This document shows positions 26,735 to 36,522 of a DNA stretch of 64,000 nt, in pieces. The notes under the pieces were generated by a model that saw only the letters and a program-made list of their open reading frames with translations, was not told the origin of the DNA and did not search any database. Position 1 is the first letter of the stretch. Every line of letters starts with the position of its first letter. Origin of the DNA: a virus (lineage: Duplodnaviria > Caudoviricetes); the IMG/VR virus record IMGVR_UViG_3300009671_000009, positions 64,001-128,000 of that record. One strand, given 5' to 3'. Both the position numbers and the translations under genes were made by a program.

Positions 26735-27400
26735 ATGCCAAAGAAAAAGAAAACGCTTCCGACTGAACACGTTGTCATTATCTTAGACAAGAGTGGCTCA
26801 ATGGGAACAGTTCGTGACGTAACAATTAGTGGCTTCAATGAACAAATCCAAACTCTGAAATCAGCAGCAGAAGAAAAGAATATCTTGCTTACAATGTACG
26901 CTTTCAATCATGCTGTAACAAAACTCTTTGAAGAGAAACCTATTGGCGAAGTCGAAGAGTTAACCCGAGATGATTATGTTCCTGCAGGGATGACAGCAAT
27001 GCTTGATGCAGTAGGCCTTGCCATTGACAACATGAAATCATATCTCGATGGTAACACCGAAGACTGTGTTTTGTTTGTCATCATGAGTGACGGCGAAGAG
27101 AACAACTCTAAAGTTCAGACATGGACTTCAGTTGCCGAGAGAATCCAAGAGCGACAAGGAACCAAAAAGTGGACATTCACTTATATGGGGTCTAACCAAG
27201 ACTTATCCAAGATTAGGGAAACCTTCCATCTGCCGAAAGATAATGTCCGTTCCTATGTTAGCGATGCCGCAGGAACAAAGAGTGCTCACACAATCATGTG
27301 TCACGGATTAAGTTCCTACATGTATCGTGGTCATGCTAGCGCATCAGCTAGTTTCTATGATGGCAACACAAAATCGGTAGACGACGAAGAAAACAAGTAA
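26735..27400 (+). CDS. von Willebrand factor A domain protein
   Basis: MIDAS motif ILDKSGSM, GMTAMLDAVG, MSDGEENNS, WTFTYMG. Confidence 0.92.
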   Translation: MPKKKKTLPTEHVVIILDKSGSMGTVRDVTISGFNEQIQTLKSAAEEKNILLTMYAFNHAVTKLFEEKPIGEVEELTRDDYVPAGMTAMLDAVGLAIDNMKSYLDGNTEDCVLFVIMSDGEENNSKVQTWTSVAERIQERQGTKKWTFTYMGSNQDLSKIRETFHLPKDNVRSYVSDAAGTKSAHTIMCHGLSSYMYRGHASASASFYDGNTKSVDDEENK

Positions 27401-27405
27401 AAATT

Positions 27406-27672
27406 ATACAGGAGTACAGTGTTCGTAGTGGAAGCGGATGATTGCGGGTAAGAGGTTATAGGCGTAAGGCCATTCTCGCCGTTAATAGAGCTACGAAAGG
27501 GAGACCGAAGAGACTCAACCCGATACATCGGTCTGACAGGTAGGGTAGGCCTGTCAAAAAATAGCTGATCCACCATGTGTGGAAGCAGTCACGGTTACGT
27601 CTCTTATTGACAAGAGGCGCATCCAGCCAGGAGGCTACAGTAGCTCTAGACAACGCTGTAGCCTTTCTGTAT
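27406..27672 (+). ncRNA. Candidate large structured RNA or cis-regulatory leader (~267 nt)
   Basis: Ends pair (ATACAGGAG/CTTTCTGTAT; TACAGTGTT/AACGCTGTA), with many internal helices and an alternative terminator-like hairpin. Confidence 0.6.
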
Positions 27673-27685
27673 TTGGGAGGTACAT

Positions 27686-28210
27686 ATGAAAGCACTTGTT
27701 TTAACCCGAGGAGTACCTGGTTGTGGAAAGTCAACATGGTTAAAAGATAATAACCTGATGCCGTTTGTGGTATCATCTGATACAATCCGTTTGATGTATC
27801 ATTCACCCATCATGACTACAGATGGAAGCCTTGCTATTAGTCAAGAGTTTGATTCAGTAGTATGGAGAACACTTGAAAATGTTGTCTCCTTTAGGATGAT
27901 GAATGATTGTTTCACCATTATTGACGCATGTCATTCTAAACCAAGCGACTTTACTAAGCACTATACTGCTGTAAAGTTTTATAACTATAAGATCTACTGT
28001 CTTGACTTTACTGACGTACCTCTTGAGGTCGCCAAAACCAGGAATAGTAATCGACTTCTAACTCCAGAGGAATCTTTCCGATACGTACCAGAAAAAGTAA
28101 TAGAAAAATTCTACGAAAGAATGAATACTCCACCACCATTAGAAGTAGAAGTAATCAAGCCTGAGAACTTTTGGGATTTATTCATTAACTTCAAAAATCT
28201 TTTAAGGTAG
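27686..28210 (+). CDS. P-loop kinase (polynucleotide kinase / AAA_33-like)
   Basis: GVPGCGKSTW, SSDTIR, IIDA, AKTRNSNR, VPEKVI. Confidence 0.87.
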   Translation: MKALVLTRGVPGCGKSTWLKDNNLMPFVVSSDTIRLMYHSPIMTTDGSLAISQEFDSVVWRTLENVVSFRMMNDCFTIIDACHSKPSDFTKHYTAVKFYNYKIYCLDFTDVPLEVAKTRNSNRLLTPEESFRYVPEKVIEKFYERMNTPPPLEVEVIKPENFWDLFINFKNLLR

Positions 28211-28212
28211 TA

Positions 28213-28241
28213 TTGCATTTGGCTATCATATATGTTATAAT
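28213..28241 (+). promoter_or_regulatory. Sigma70-type promoter
   Basis: TTGCAT-17 nt-TATAAT with extended TG. Confidence 0.7.
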
Positions 28242-28277
28242 ATAGATAGAATCTCACATAAAGGAGAAATGATTTAG

Positions 28278-28898
28278 TTGAACGAAAATCTGTACAAGAA
28301 ACTGGCCCTGGTGAAGAAAAAGCTAGGCGATGTTCCTAAAACAGGCTGGAATGATTTCCAGAATTACGCTTATCACACAGAATCTGACGTTCTTAGCGCA
28401 TTAAAACCGCTATTAGATGAAGTTGGTCTGGACATTATCCCGAGTCTTGATTGGGATCACAGCGATAAGTTGCCTCCGATTTACCGTGAGGGAGATATCA
28501 CCACTGTGTTAACGAAGTACACTATCGTTGACAGCGATACTGGTGAAAACTTTGTCTGCTATTGGGCAGGCCAAGGACAAGACAAAGCCGACAAAGGCGG
28601 CAACAAAGCCTTTACTTCAGCTGGTAAGTATTTCTTAATCAAGCTGTTCAGAATCGCAACCGATGAAGATGCAGATAAAGAAGGTGCTGTTAATACCCCA
28701 CCTGCCAGGACTTCTACTGTAGCTGCACAAAATGCCCGTGGACATGCATCCGCTGCTGCTCCATTTAGTCCTGTTACAAGTGGAGATACATGTAAATCCT
28801 GTGGTAAATCAGTGCCACCTGGAGTTGCAAGCTTCTCTAAAAACAAACATGGCGATATCTACTGCATGGATTGCCAAAAGAAAGTCGCAAAAGGTTAA
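28278..28898 (+). CDS. ERF-family ssDNA annealing protein with C-terminal Zn finger
   Basis: LYKKL..V...VPKTGWNDFQNYAY, GQGQDKADKG..KA.T.A.KY, CKSCG...YCMDCQ. Confidence 0.85.
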   Translation: MNENLYKKLALVKKKLGDVPKTGWNDFQNYAYHTESDVLSALKPLLDEVGLDIIPSLDWDHSDKLPPIYREGDITTVLTKYTIVDSDTGENFVCYWAGQGQDKADKGGNKAFTSAGKYFLIKLFRIATDEDADKEGAVNTPPARTSTVAAQNARGHASAAAPFSPVTSGDTCKSCGKSVPPGVASFSKNKHGDIYCMDCQKKVAKG

Positions 28899-28908
28899 CT
28901 CCTTTTTC

Positions 28909-28936
28909 AGCCTGGGTGAAATATCCCAGGCTTTTT
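28909..28936 (+). terminator. Rho-independent terminator
   Basis: AGCCTGGG-TGAAATAT-CCCAGGCT followed by TTTT. Confidence 0.7.
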
Positions 28937-29124
28937 ATTTATAAGGTGAACACAATGAACTATGACGATAGCACTGAACAAGAGATTAATATGCAGAATG
29001 TGGTAGAGTTGCTTAGAGAGCTAAGTCCTGACGACAGACTGAAAGTATTTAGATATTTCTGTACCAGATGCGGTAGTACTGATTCATATTGCCAATGCTG
29101 GAATGACGAGTAGGAGGCGACGCT

Positions 29125-29778
29125 TTGATTAAGATACTTAATAAACCTTTATCGGAATTTGAAACAGATTTCTTAGCTATAAGCCTACAATGGTATCCAG
29201 GATTGATTAAACTTCCGTCGCCATTTGTAGCAGGCGGTTTTATGAGAGAAATAGTTTCTGGAGGGAAACCGTCAGATATGGATTTGTTCTTTAGGAACGA
29301 GGACTGCTTCAATACTTCAGCAAAGATTGTTCAGGCAGATCCAAGCTATTTTATGTCATGCGAATCCGAAGTAGCTCTTACATTCGACCGAAGAGAAACT
29401 CCCGAAAATCGCGTTCAACTAATACGCAGTAATTTTGGCGGCCCAGAAAAAATTCTAAAAGACTTTGATTTCAAGATGTGTATGATAGGTCTCGATTACG
29501 TAACCAGATCTGTATATTACTTTGATAATGTTCTTGAGCACATCGAAAAGAAGATCATGGCTTTTAATTCAGATTCCAAAACTGAGTTCAATGTATCGTC
29601 ACTCAAGAGATTGGTGAAGTTTGCCTCCAGAGGATATACTATATCCAATGAAGATTTAAAATCATTTGCTGAAGCTATAGCAAAACTAGGAGTAGACGGA
29701 ATCCGCAGAAAGAAAAAAATCACGGTACGAGATGAGAACGGTAACGAGATTGAAGATGCAGTACCTGATTATACATAA
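29125..29778 (+). CDS. Nucleotidyltransferase-fold protein (CCA/poly(A)-polymerase head-like)
   Basis: FVAGGFMR...PSDMDLFF, VQLI, FDFKMCM, RLVKFASRGY. Confidence 0.7.
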   Translation: MIKILNKPLSEFETDFLAISLQWYPGLIKLPSPFVAGGFMREIVSGGKPSDMDLFFRNEDCFNTSAKIVQADPSYFMSCESEVALTFDRRETPENRVQLIRSNFGGPEKILKDFDFKMCMIGLDYVTRSVYYFDNVLEHIEKKIMAFNSDSKTEFNVSSLKRLVKFASRGYTISNEDLKSFAEAIAKLGVDGIRRKKKITVRDENGNEIEDAVPDYT

Positions 29779-29789
29779 GAGGTGAGAAG

Positions 29790-30071
29790 ATGCCCTGGAA
29801 AAGAGAATGGTTTGATAACGAACTCTATATGGAGTACAATGGTGTTAAAGTATATCATGCCTATAAAGGAGATGAGCATAGCGATCCATTCACATTTTGG
29901 TTTTGTCTAGATCCTGCCAGTGATCAATATTCAGAAGATGTATTTGACATCAGATCAATAGCAAAAGCCCTTATAATTGTAGGGTACGAAAACATTGACG
30001 ATATTGTTCGCAAAGGTATCGATGCAGGTATTATTACCCAGGATAAGATTATCTTGCCAAATGAAACGTAA
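29790..30071 (+). CDS. Hypothetical protein
   Basis: GAGGTG SD. Confidence 0.6.
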   Translation: MPWKREWFDNELYMEYNGVKVYHAYKGDEHSDPFTFWFCLDPASDQYSEDVFDIRSIAKALIIVGYENIDDIVRKGIDAGIITQDKIILPNET

Positions 30072-30082
30072 TATGTTATAAT
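30054..30082 (+). promoter_or_regulatory. Sigma70-type promoter for sbcD/sbcC
   Basis: TTGCCA-17 nt-TATAAT with extended TG. Confidence 0.7.
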
Positions 30083-30099
30083 GACTAAGAGGTGGTAAT

Positions 30100-31248
30100 G
30101 TGAAGATTCTTTGTGCACCAGACCTTCATTGTTGGTGGACTACATACGAAAAATATCCTGGTAACAAAATGCCAGCTCGTCTTCAGGAATGGCGAGATGT
30201 TTCAAGCTATATGGTATATCTTGCAGAGCTTCATGGATGCGAACTAGCTTTGTTTCCTGGCGATTACTTTATAGAATCTACTCCTTTGCCGCAAGCTATG
30301 GATGAAGTGATAGACTTATTCTCTGCTTTTGAAGCCAAAGGTATCAAAGTAGTAGGAATTAAAGGTAATCACGACGACATTGGAGTAGACCAGACATCAT
30401 TCGTTGATGTTATTGCTAAGATGAATTCGACATGGGGAATAACAAAGCCCACATTTGTTGAGTTCGAAGACGTTGCCATTGTTTGTTTGCCATTTATGAA
30501 AAACTCCGAAATATTGTCTGGTGGTTCAGTTAGAAATTGTTCAGAAGCTTTGATAGAAGAAGTAAGAGAGCTAAAGATTGCTAGCGAATATGATAAAGTA
30601 ATTTTACTGGCTCACTATGGAACTGACATTTCTGTATTCGCAAATGGATGGGTTCCTAAAAAACAAGTAGAACCTGTATTGTCAATCGAGTATCTTGCCC
30701 ACATGGGATTTAAAGCTTGCGTTCTAGGGCACATACATAAGCCACAAGATTTGTGGGCGAATCCACCTATTTTCCATACTGGAGTTCTAACGTATGGCAA
30801 GTCCGACGAGGGACTGTATCAATCTTGTGTCACGATACTTGATACTGACACGTGGACGAAATTCGAGGAACCGCTACCTGTTACACCTATTACAAATGTT
30901 GTGCTTTCGAAAGAATCCATGGAGGACTTCGAGAGTTGTATGTGGATGGAAGAGATTCCCGAAATAAACGGCCACATTGTTACTGTTAATTATCCGATTT
31001 CAGAAGAACGTCTAAGGTTTGTGAACAATCAACAGATCGTAGATGCCTTACAGTTAGCAGGAGCCGACTTCATAGAAGGAATTCACCCGCATATTATTAA
31101 GCACAATAGACAACGCAACATCGAAATAAACGAACAAACAGATGAGGTTGAATCATTTAAGCGATGGTATGACGAAATAGGCGAAGCACCAGAACTCAAA
31201 GACCAGGTCTCAGCTTTATTCAAAGAGATCCTAGAGGAAGCGAGGTAG
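30100..31248 (+). CDS. sbcD: SbcD/Mre11-like nuclease
   Basis: PDLH, PGDYF, GNHD, LAH, LGHIHKPQ; lies upstream of the SbcC-like gene. Confidence 0.87.
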   Translation: MKILCAPDLHCWWTTYEKYPGNKMPARLQEWRDVSSYMVYLAELHGCELALFPGDYFIESTPLPQAMDEVIDLFSAFEAKGIKVVGIKGNHDDIGVDQTSFVDVIAKMNSTWGITKPTFVEFEDVAIVCLPFMKNSEILSGGSVRNCSEALIEEVRELKIASEYDKVILLAHYGTDISVFANGWVPKKQVEPVLSIEYLAHMGFKACVLGHIHKPQDLWANPPIFHTGVLTYGKSDEGLYQSCVTILDTDTWTKFEEPLPVTPITNVVLSKESMEDFESCMWMEEIPEINGHIVTVNYPISEERLRFVNNQQIVDALQLAGADFIEGIHPHIIKHNRQRNIEINEQTDEVESFKRWYDEIGEAPELKDQVSALFKEILEEAR

Positions 31249-31253
31249 AGGTA

Positions 31254-31673
31254 TTGTCTAAGAAAAAAGAGGGCAAGACAAACGAAAAGGCCAAGGCACC
31301 TAAACCACTAAAGGAAGAAAAGAAGGCTAGAGCTCCTAGGAAACCAAAGACTCCGCCTGTCCCGAAAGTGGCAGAGTACAACGCTGAAGGAAAAGAGATC
31401 TGCCCTGCTTGTAAAGAAAGAAAGTTTAAAGTCCAAGACTGTGACTCAGCAGGAGACGGCAACATAAAGTTCACAGTAAAGTGCCCATGTGGGCACGTGT
31501 TTTCATATTTAAGAAATGTTAAGACTATGTATGTATCAAAGCCTGGAGGGATAGATAGTGGATCTGCTGAAGTTGCAGCTACAAAACTTCGCGAGCTACC
31601 AGAACGAGGAAATAGATCTGCAAGGAATACACGTAGCAGGTCTGCTGGGGCCAAACGGAAGCGGAAAAAGTAG
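31254..31673 (+). CDS. Basic Zn-ribbon protein overlapping the start of sbcC
   Basis: CPAC...CPCGH, Lys-rich; GAGGT SD. Confidence 0.5.
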   Translation: MSKKKEGKTNEKAKAPKPLKEEKKARAPRKPKTPPVPKVAEYNAEGKEICPACKERKFKVQDCDSAGDGNIKFTVKCPCGHVFSYLRNVKTMYVSKPGGIDSGSAEVAATKLRELPERGNRSARNTRSRSAGAKRKRKK

Positions 31674-33771
31674 CTTTATAGAATCTATATTGTGGTCACT
31701 TTATGGTGAGAGTCCAAAAGGTAGCAAACGAGATGCAGATAATTTTGTCCGCACAGGAACAGACGAGTGTACTGTTGTTGTTGATTTTTCTATTGGCAGA
31801 CATGTGTATCGGGTTCTACGAAGCTGGAACAAAAAAGAGCGCAAAGGTAGACTTGGTTTCTTTGTTTATCAAGAAGACTGGGAGCCCCGCGGCAAAAATG
31901 CTAAAGAATCTCAAGCAGAGATAGAAAAGGTTCTGCGGATGGACTATAAGACATTCGTAGCAACCGTAATTCAAGTTCAAGATAAGAAGACAGAATCGTT
32001 CACCGATTGCAGCGATGCTGATCGCAAGGCAATCCTTGCTTCAATTCTCGGTTTGGATACCTGGGAGAGAGTCGCCAAGATAGCATCTGACAAGGTTAAA
32101 ATGCTTAACCTAGATAAGGCTAAACACGAACGGGATGTAGAATACTATCAGCAATTAGCAGGAACTCATGACGATCTTATTAATGAAGTTGCATGGAACA
32201 ATCGCGAACTAAGAAATCTCGAAGACCAACTGAAACAAGTAAGAGAAGCGCTTGAAGTTGCAAAAGCTGATCTCAACCGAAATGTAGACCTTGATAAAGA
32301 GTATGTTGATCTTATCGATAGGCATAATGAGATACAAAATGAAAACGTATTCAAGTCTGAGACTTACAACAAAAAAGTCACGGAACAAATGTTAGCTATC
32401 TCTGGCGTCTGCGACAAAATTAGAGAACAGGAAAACAAAATTTCTGAACTAAGTGAATTCATCAAGAGTAACGATCAGGCAGTGCTTGATTGTGCTGAAT
32501 ATGAACATTCACTTCAGGTGATAGAAAATATAAAGCCTCAAGTTGATGAATATCACGAGGCCGAGAATCAAATTAAATTTCTTACTCAACAGCTAGAATA
32601 CCTAAGTAAAGAACTTGAGGAAAAAACTAACAACGCAGAACTAATCAGAAGTGTACCTTGTGCAGAGGAAGCTAAACGTTCATGCCCTCTGATGCAGAAT
32701 GCATGGGAGTGTTTCAACAAAATAGAGCCGCTTCTGAAGGAGCGTTCTGATACCAAGAAAAAGCATGAAGCATTAACAGAGAAACTTTCAGTTCTAAAGC
32801 CTATGCTGGATGATTACGTAGAACATGAATCTAAAGTAAAGCAACTTAGCTATGCTGTTGATGCAATCGATAAAGGAAATGCTGCCTTAGACAACAAAAG
32901 AAACGCATGTACTTTACTAACAGAGTACCAAAAACTTCTCGAGGAAAAATCACAAGCCCTTGACGAAGCAACAACAGAACGTGAAGAGTATAATGCACAG
33001 TATCAACTTAAGATTCAACGCATCAAGGATAGACTAGAAGAAATTCAGGCGATAATGACTCCGCAGACGACCCAAGAAGATCAAATAAGTCTACTCACTG
33101 AAGAACAACAAACCCTTGAGGTACAAATAGAAAACAAAAGATACACAGCTGGAGCTCTTCGAAATCAATTAACTGCTGCCGAGAACGCCAAAGAATCTCT
33201 AAGCATTTCATTCGGAGAATTAGTTTCTACTAATAATAAGATTGAACTGTATAAGATCATTGAAAAATCTGCGGGCAAAAAAAGAGGAGTTCCATCGCTT
33301 ATTGTCGAAAATGCAATTCCAGAGATTGAAGCGTTAGCCAATAACTTGTTGGCCCGTGTATCAAATGAGAGATTTTCTGTTAGGTTTGAAACTCAAATGG
33401 AATCAAAAACTACAAAGAATGTCCAAGACGTATTGAAGATAATCGTTATGGATGACGGAGAGGCAAGAGCCTTTCAAACCTATTCTGGGGCACAAAGATT
33501 TATCTTAGATTTTGCAATACGTGTTGCAATTAGTAAATTTTTAGCTCACAGATCTGGAACAGAAATAAAAATCCTCATAATCGATGAAGGATTATCGACT
33601 CTAGATGATATTAACTTCCCTAAAGTAATTGAAGTTATTAACGAAATAGCTCAAGATTTCGATAAAGTGCTAATAGTAACTCACATCAACAAGCTGAAAT
33701 CTCTTCTACCTCAGAAAATAATTTTCTCGTCCGTAGGAAAATGGACTAGAGTAACAGTTCAAGGAGAATAA
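31558..33771 (+). CDS. sbcC: SbcC/Rad50-like SMC ATPase
   Basis: GPNGSGKSS, coiled coil with central Cys pair, YSGAQ signature, IIDEG, VTH. Confidence 0.92.
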   Translation: MDLLKLQLQNFASYQNEEIDLQGIHVAGLLGPNGSGKSSFIESILWSLYGESPKGSKRDADNFVRTGTDECTVVVDFSIGRHVYRVLRSWNKKERKGRLGFFVYQEDWEPRGKNAKESQAEIEKVLRMDYKTFVATVIQVQDKKTESFTDCSDADRKAILASILGLDTWERVAKIASDKVKMLNLDKAKHERDVEYYQQLAGTHDDLINEVAWNNRELRNLEDQLKQVREALEVAKADLNRNVDLDKEYVDLIDRHNEIQNENVFKSETYNKKVTEQMLAISGVCDKIREQENKISELSEFIKSNDQAVLDCAEYEHSLQVIENIKPQVDEYHEAENQIKFLTQQLEYLSKELEEKTNNAELIRSVPCAEEAKRSCPLMQNAWECFNKIEPLLKERSDTKKKHEALTEKLSVLKPMLDDYVEHESKVKQLSYAVDAIDKGNAALDNKRNACTLLTEYQKLLEEKSQALDEATTEREEYNAQYQLKIQRIKDRLEEIQAIMTPQTTQEDQISLLTEEQQTLEVQIENKRYTAGALRNQLTAAENAKESLSISFGELVSTNNKIELYKIIEKSAGKKRGVPSLIVENAIPEIEALANNLLARVSNERFSVRFETQMESKTTKNVQDVLKIIVMDDGEARAFQTYSGAQRFILDFAIRVAISKFLAHRSGTEIKILIIDEGLSTLDDINFPKVIEVINEIAQDFDKVLIVTHINKLKSLLPQKIIFSSVGKWTRVTVQGE

Positions 33772-34137
33772 ATGAAAAAGATAATTATCGGCAAATGCCA
33801 ACTACAAAACACAGATGCTCAAGCGGTAGAAGTTCCAAAGGGATCTAAAATACTTTCAGTTGTTGGAGAAGTTGAACAGATCGGCGGCGGACTTGAATTG
33901 GTTAACGGTCAAAAAGCTGCCCGCATGAGCTTGGTGGCATTCATTGCCTTTGATCCAGACGAAGAAGAAATGGAAACTCTTGTTATCTACACGCTAGGAT
34001 TAGGCGTAGGTCTTGAACTCCCAGACACAGCAGAGTATGCTTGTAACTGCTCCATCATGGGAGGGAAGCTTGTATTCCACTTCTTCACAGATAAACTAAG
34101 AGAGGAAGATCTATTAGATGAAAGTTCAGTATCCTGA
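33772..34137 (+). CDS. Hypothetical protein
   Basis: AGGAG SD; resembles a common small phage beta-rich protein. Confidence 0.65.
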   Translation: MKKIIIGKCQLQNTDAQAVEVPKGSKILSVVGEVEQIGGGLELVNGQKAARMSLVAFIAFDPDEEEMETLVIYTLGLGVGLELPDTAEYACNCSIMGGKLVFHFFTDKLREEDLLDESSVS

Positions 34138-34563
34138 TTACCACGGGGTACAAAGAACCTTCGAAACTAATGCTCCGATTCTGTTGGTAGATTTTCGACG
34201 GGACATGTACAGACGGAAATCACTTTGATGACTTTTCGCTGTACACTCCCGAAGCACTAAACTGTAAAGAGGTACCTCAACGATTAGAATTATCAATGTG
34301 TACCTTAATACTTTGGACTTGCCGTACTAGCCCACTTCTACAACAAGCTATCAAGTGGCTTGGTCATCGTAAGATTCCGTTTCATTTTGTCAATAAAGAG
34401 GTGCCATGGTCTGAATACCCCAACGAATTTAGAGGGCTATTATATTGACGACCGCAACATAGGCGAATTCCCAGGCTGGCTAGAAGTAGAGCGCCTAGTT
34501 TACTTGCACCCGTATTTTGAAAGCATCACGAGGAGGAACGTGCTTGAAAGTAGAGCTAATTAG
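34118..34563 (+). pseudogene. HAD-like phosphatase broken by two frameshifts
   Basis: ILLVDF/DGT (frameshift at gattttcgac), LILWTCR..LQQAIKWL, then a second shift to YYIDDRNIG.FPGW. Confidence 0.7.
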
Positions 34564-35233
34564 ATACACAGTTAAACCAGAAGAAGCGATGGCAATAGCG
34601 GCGAGTACATGCTATCGCTCAGTTCCAAAAGATAAGGTAGTAGAACATTGTATTCTTTCTGGACATGAAGCTATTTCTGAGTTTGGGGATTTTCATTTCT
34701 TGGTTAGCGGCGTTAGCCGCGCATTGACGCATCAGCTAGTGCGACATAGGTTGGCTTCATTTGCTCAGGAATCCCAAAGATATGTAAGCATGGATGAATT
34801 TAATTATGTTGTACCACCATCTGTTCAGAAAGATAATGAGTCGTATGTTAAATTCAAAATGATGATGGACGAAATTCTTAGTTGTTATACAGACTTGCAG
34901 AACAGAGGAATTCCAAATGAAGACGCAAGATTTGTACTTCCGAATGCATGCACTTCGAAAATCAATGTCAAAATGAATTTTAGAGAGATCATGCATGCCT
35001 GTGCAGAACGCGAATGTAGTAGAGCCCAATGGGAAATCCGAGCTCTATTCAAAGAGATTCACAGGCAGGTAGCAGAAGTATCTCCATTCCTTGGAAAGTA
35101 CTTAGGGCCAAAATGTTTTCGCCTTGGATATTGTCCAGAATTACGTGAGTCTTGTGGCCTGAGACCGAGGAAGACAGACCTCTTCGGTGCTTACGAATGG
35201 TGGGTACGACAAGATAAACCTTCACTTAACTAA
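34544..35233 (+). CDS. thyX: FAD-dependent thymidylate synthase
   Basis: GHEAISE, VSRALTHQLVRHRLASFAQESQRYV, EDARFVLPN, AQWEIR. Confidence 0.96.
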   Translation: MKVELIRYTVKPEEAMAIAASTCYRSVPKDKVVEHCILSGHEAISEFGDFHFLVSGVSRALTHQLVRHRLASFAQESQRYVSMDEFNYVVPPSVQKDNESYVKFKMMMDEILSCYTDLQNRGIPNEDARFVLPNACTSKINVKMNFREIMHACAERECSRAQWEIRALFKEIHRQVAEVSPFLGKYLGPKCFRLGYCPELRESCGLRPRKTDLFGAYEWWVRQDKPSLN

Positions 35234-35255
35234 TAAACGAAAAGGAGGAATTAAA

Positions 35256-36023
35256 ATGAAATCTATCGAATCACTATACACTAACGTTCCATGGTCTAAA
35301 GGGAAAGTAATTCTCATGGCCTATGCAGGATCGATAGCTTATGGAACTAACACACCAACATCTGACATTGATCTGAGAGGTATTTTAATTCCTCCACAAG
35401 ATTTTTATTACGGATTGGACAGTTTCGAAAGCTATCATTCACCTGAAGGGGATCGAACAGAAGACGACGTTGTTGTATATTCGATAAAGAAGTATGCAAA
35501 TCTCGCGCTTCAAAACAATCCTAATGTTCTTGAAATGTTATTCACTAATCCGAAACATTACACAATTTTAAATCGTTTCGGCAGAGAGCTATGCCGTGCC
35601 AGATATAATTTTTTATCAAAGAAAACTTTCAATACATTTAGTGGTTACGCCTTGGCTCAGCTCCATCGAATGACACAAAACGAAGGAAAGCCTACCCATG
35701 GGCAAGGCAACCCTGAACGTCAAAAGATCCGTGAACAATTTGGCTACGATACCAAAGCGGCAATGCATTTGGTTCGACTCATGCGCATGGGCCTTGAGAT
35801 TCTCAGAGATGGAAATCTAATAGTTCATCGGCCTGACGCAGAAGAGTTACTAGACATCAAGAGAGGGAAATATACTCTTCAAGAAATAGTAGAAGAACAC
35901 GATAGACTCTATGAGCAAATGAAGTATTGGAAAGAAGCTTCCGACCTACCTGAAAAGCCAAATAGAGACAAAGTCAATTCGTTCATAATTGAATTAACCA
36001 AGGAGTTCCTAGGAGGTAAGTAA
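35256..36023 (+). CDS. Predicted nucleotidyltransferase (Nuc-transf / RlaP-like)
   Basis: GSIAYGTNTPTSDIDLRG, NPNVLEML, YDTKAAMHLVRL, LLDIKRG. Confidence 0.88.
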   Translation: MKSIESLYTNVPWSKGKVILMAYAGSIAYGTNTPTSDIDLRGILIPPQDFYYGLDSFESYHSPEGDRTEDDVVVYSIKKYANLALQNNPNVLEMLFTNPKHYTILNRFGRELCRARYNFLSKKTFNTFSGYALAQLHRMTQNEGKPTHGQGNPERQKIREQFGYDTKAAMHLVRLMRMGLEILRDGNLIVHRPDAEELLDIKRGKYTLQEIVEEHDRLYEQMKYWKEASDLPEKPNRDKVNSFIIELTKEFLGGK

Positions 36024-36478
36024 TGGGCAAGTGTCAGTATCATCCATGTCATGATCTGGAAAACATAGACTGTCGCCTGTGTTACTGTCCCTTTTATGAC
36101 TATTGCCAGAAGCTACCTACGCATGAGAGACGCCCACGCGGGGTAGCTGGCTACTGGCTAGACCGATCAAGCTTAGGACTTGAACCTGTCTGGGCTTGTG
36201 AGTTATGCGAAATACCACATATAAGAGATGTAGCTGAATACTATGAAAAGAATAAATCCAGCTACAGCATGGAAGATCTTTTCAATGACTGTATGGACAT
36301 TTACAGTGAAGCCATGTATAGAATTCGTAATGTTGTATTTAGGATAGTAATCAAAACAAAGGGCGGCTGGATGTTCTTAAGGCCGCGGCATAGATCTCAC
36401 GGGTCTGCTACTGCACACCTTAAAGAGATCAGCGCAATACATCCAGAGGCATATATCGAAGAAGTTCCTTATGATTAA
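36023..36478 (+). CDS. Cysteine-rich small domain protein
   Basis: CQYHPCH....DCRLCYCPFY..C...VWACELCEIPH. Confidence 0.8.
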   Translation: MGKCQYHPCHDLENIDCRLCYCPFYDYCQKLPTHERRPRGVAGYWLDRSSLGLEPVWACELCEIPHIRDVAEYYEKNKSSYSMEDLFNDCMDIYSEAMYRIRNVVFRIVIKTKGGWMFLRPRHRSHGSATAHLKEISAIHPEAYIEEVPYD

Positions 36479-36522
36479 TCTGTCTTTATATTTTATATAA
36501 TTCTCCGAAAGGGTGATTTACT

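Noticed and set aside
24445-27806. Minus-strand ORFs 24445-24711 and 27456-27806
   Set aside because: They are shadows of structured RNA or kinase sequence, with no SD or recognisable motifs.
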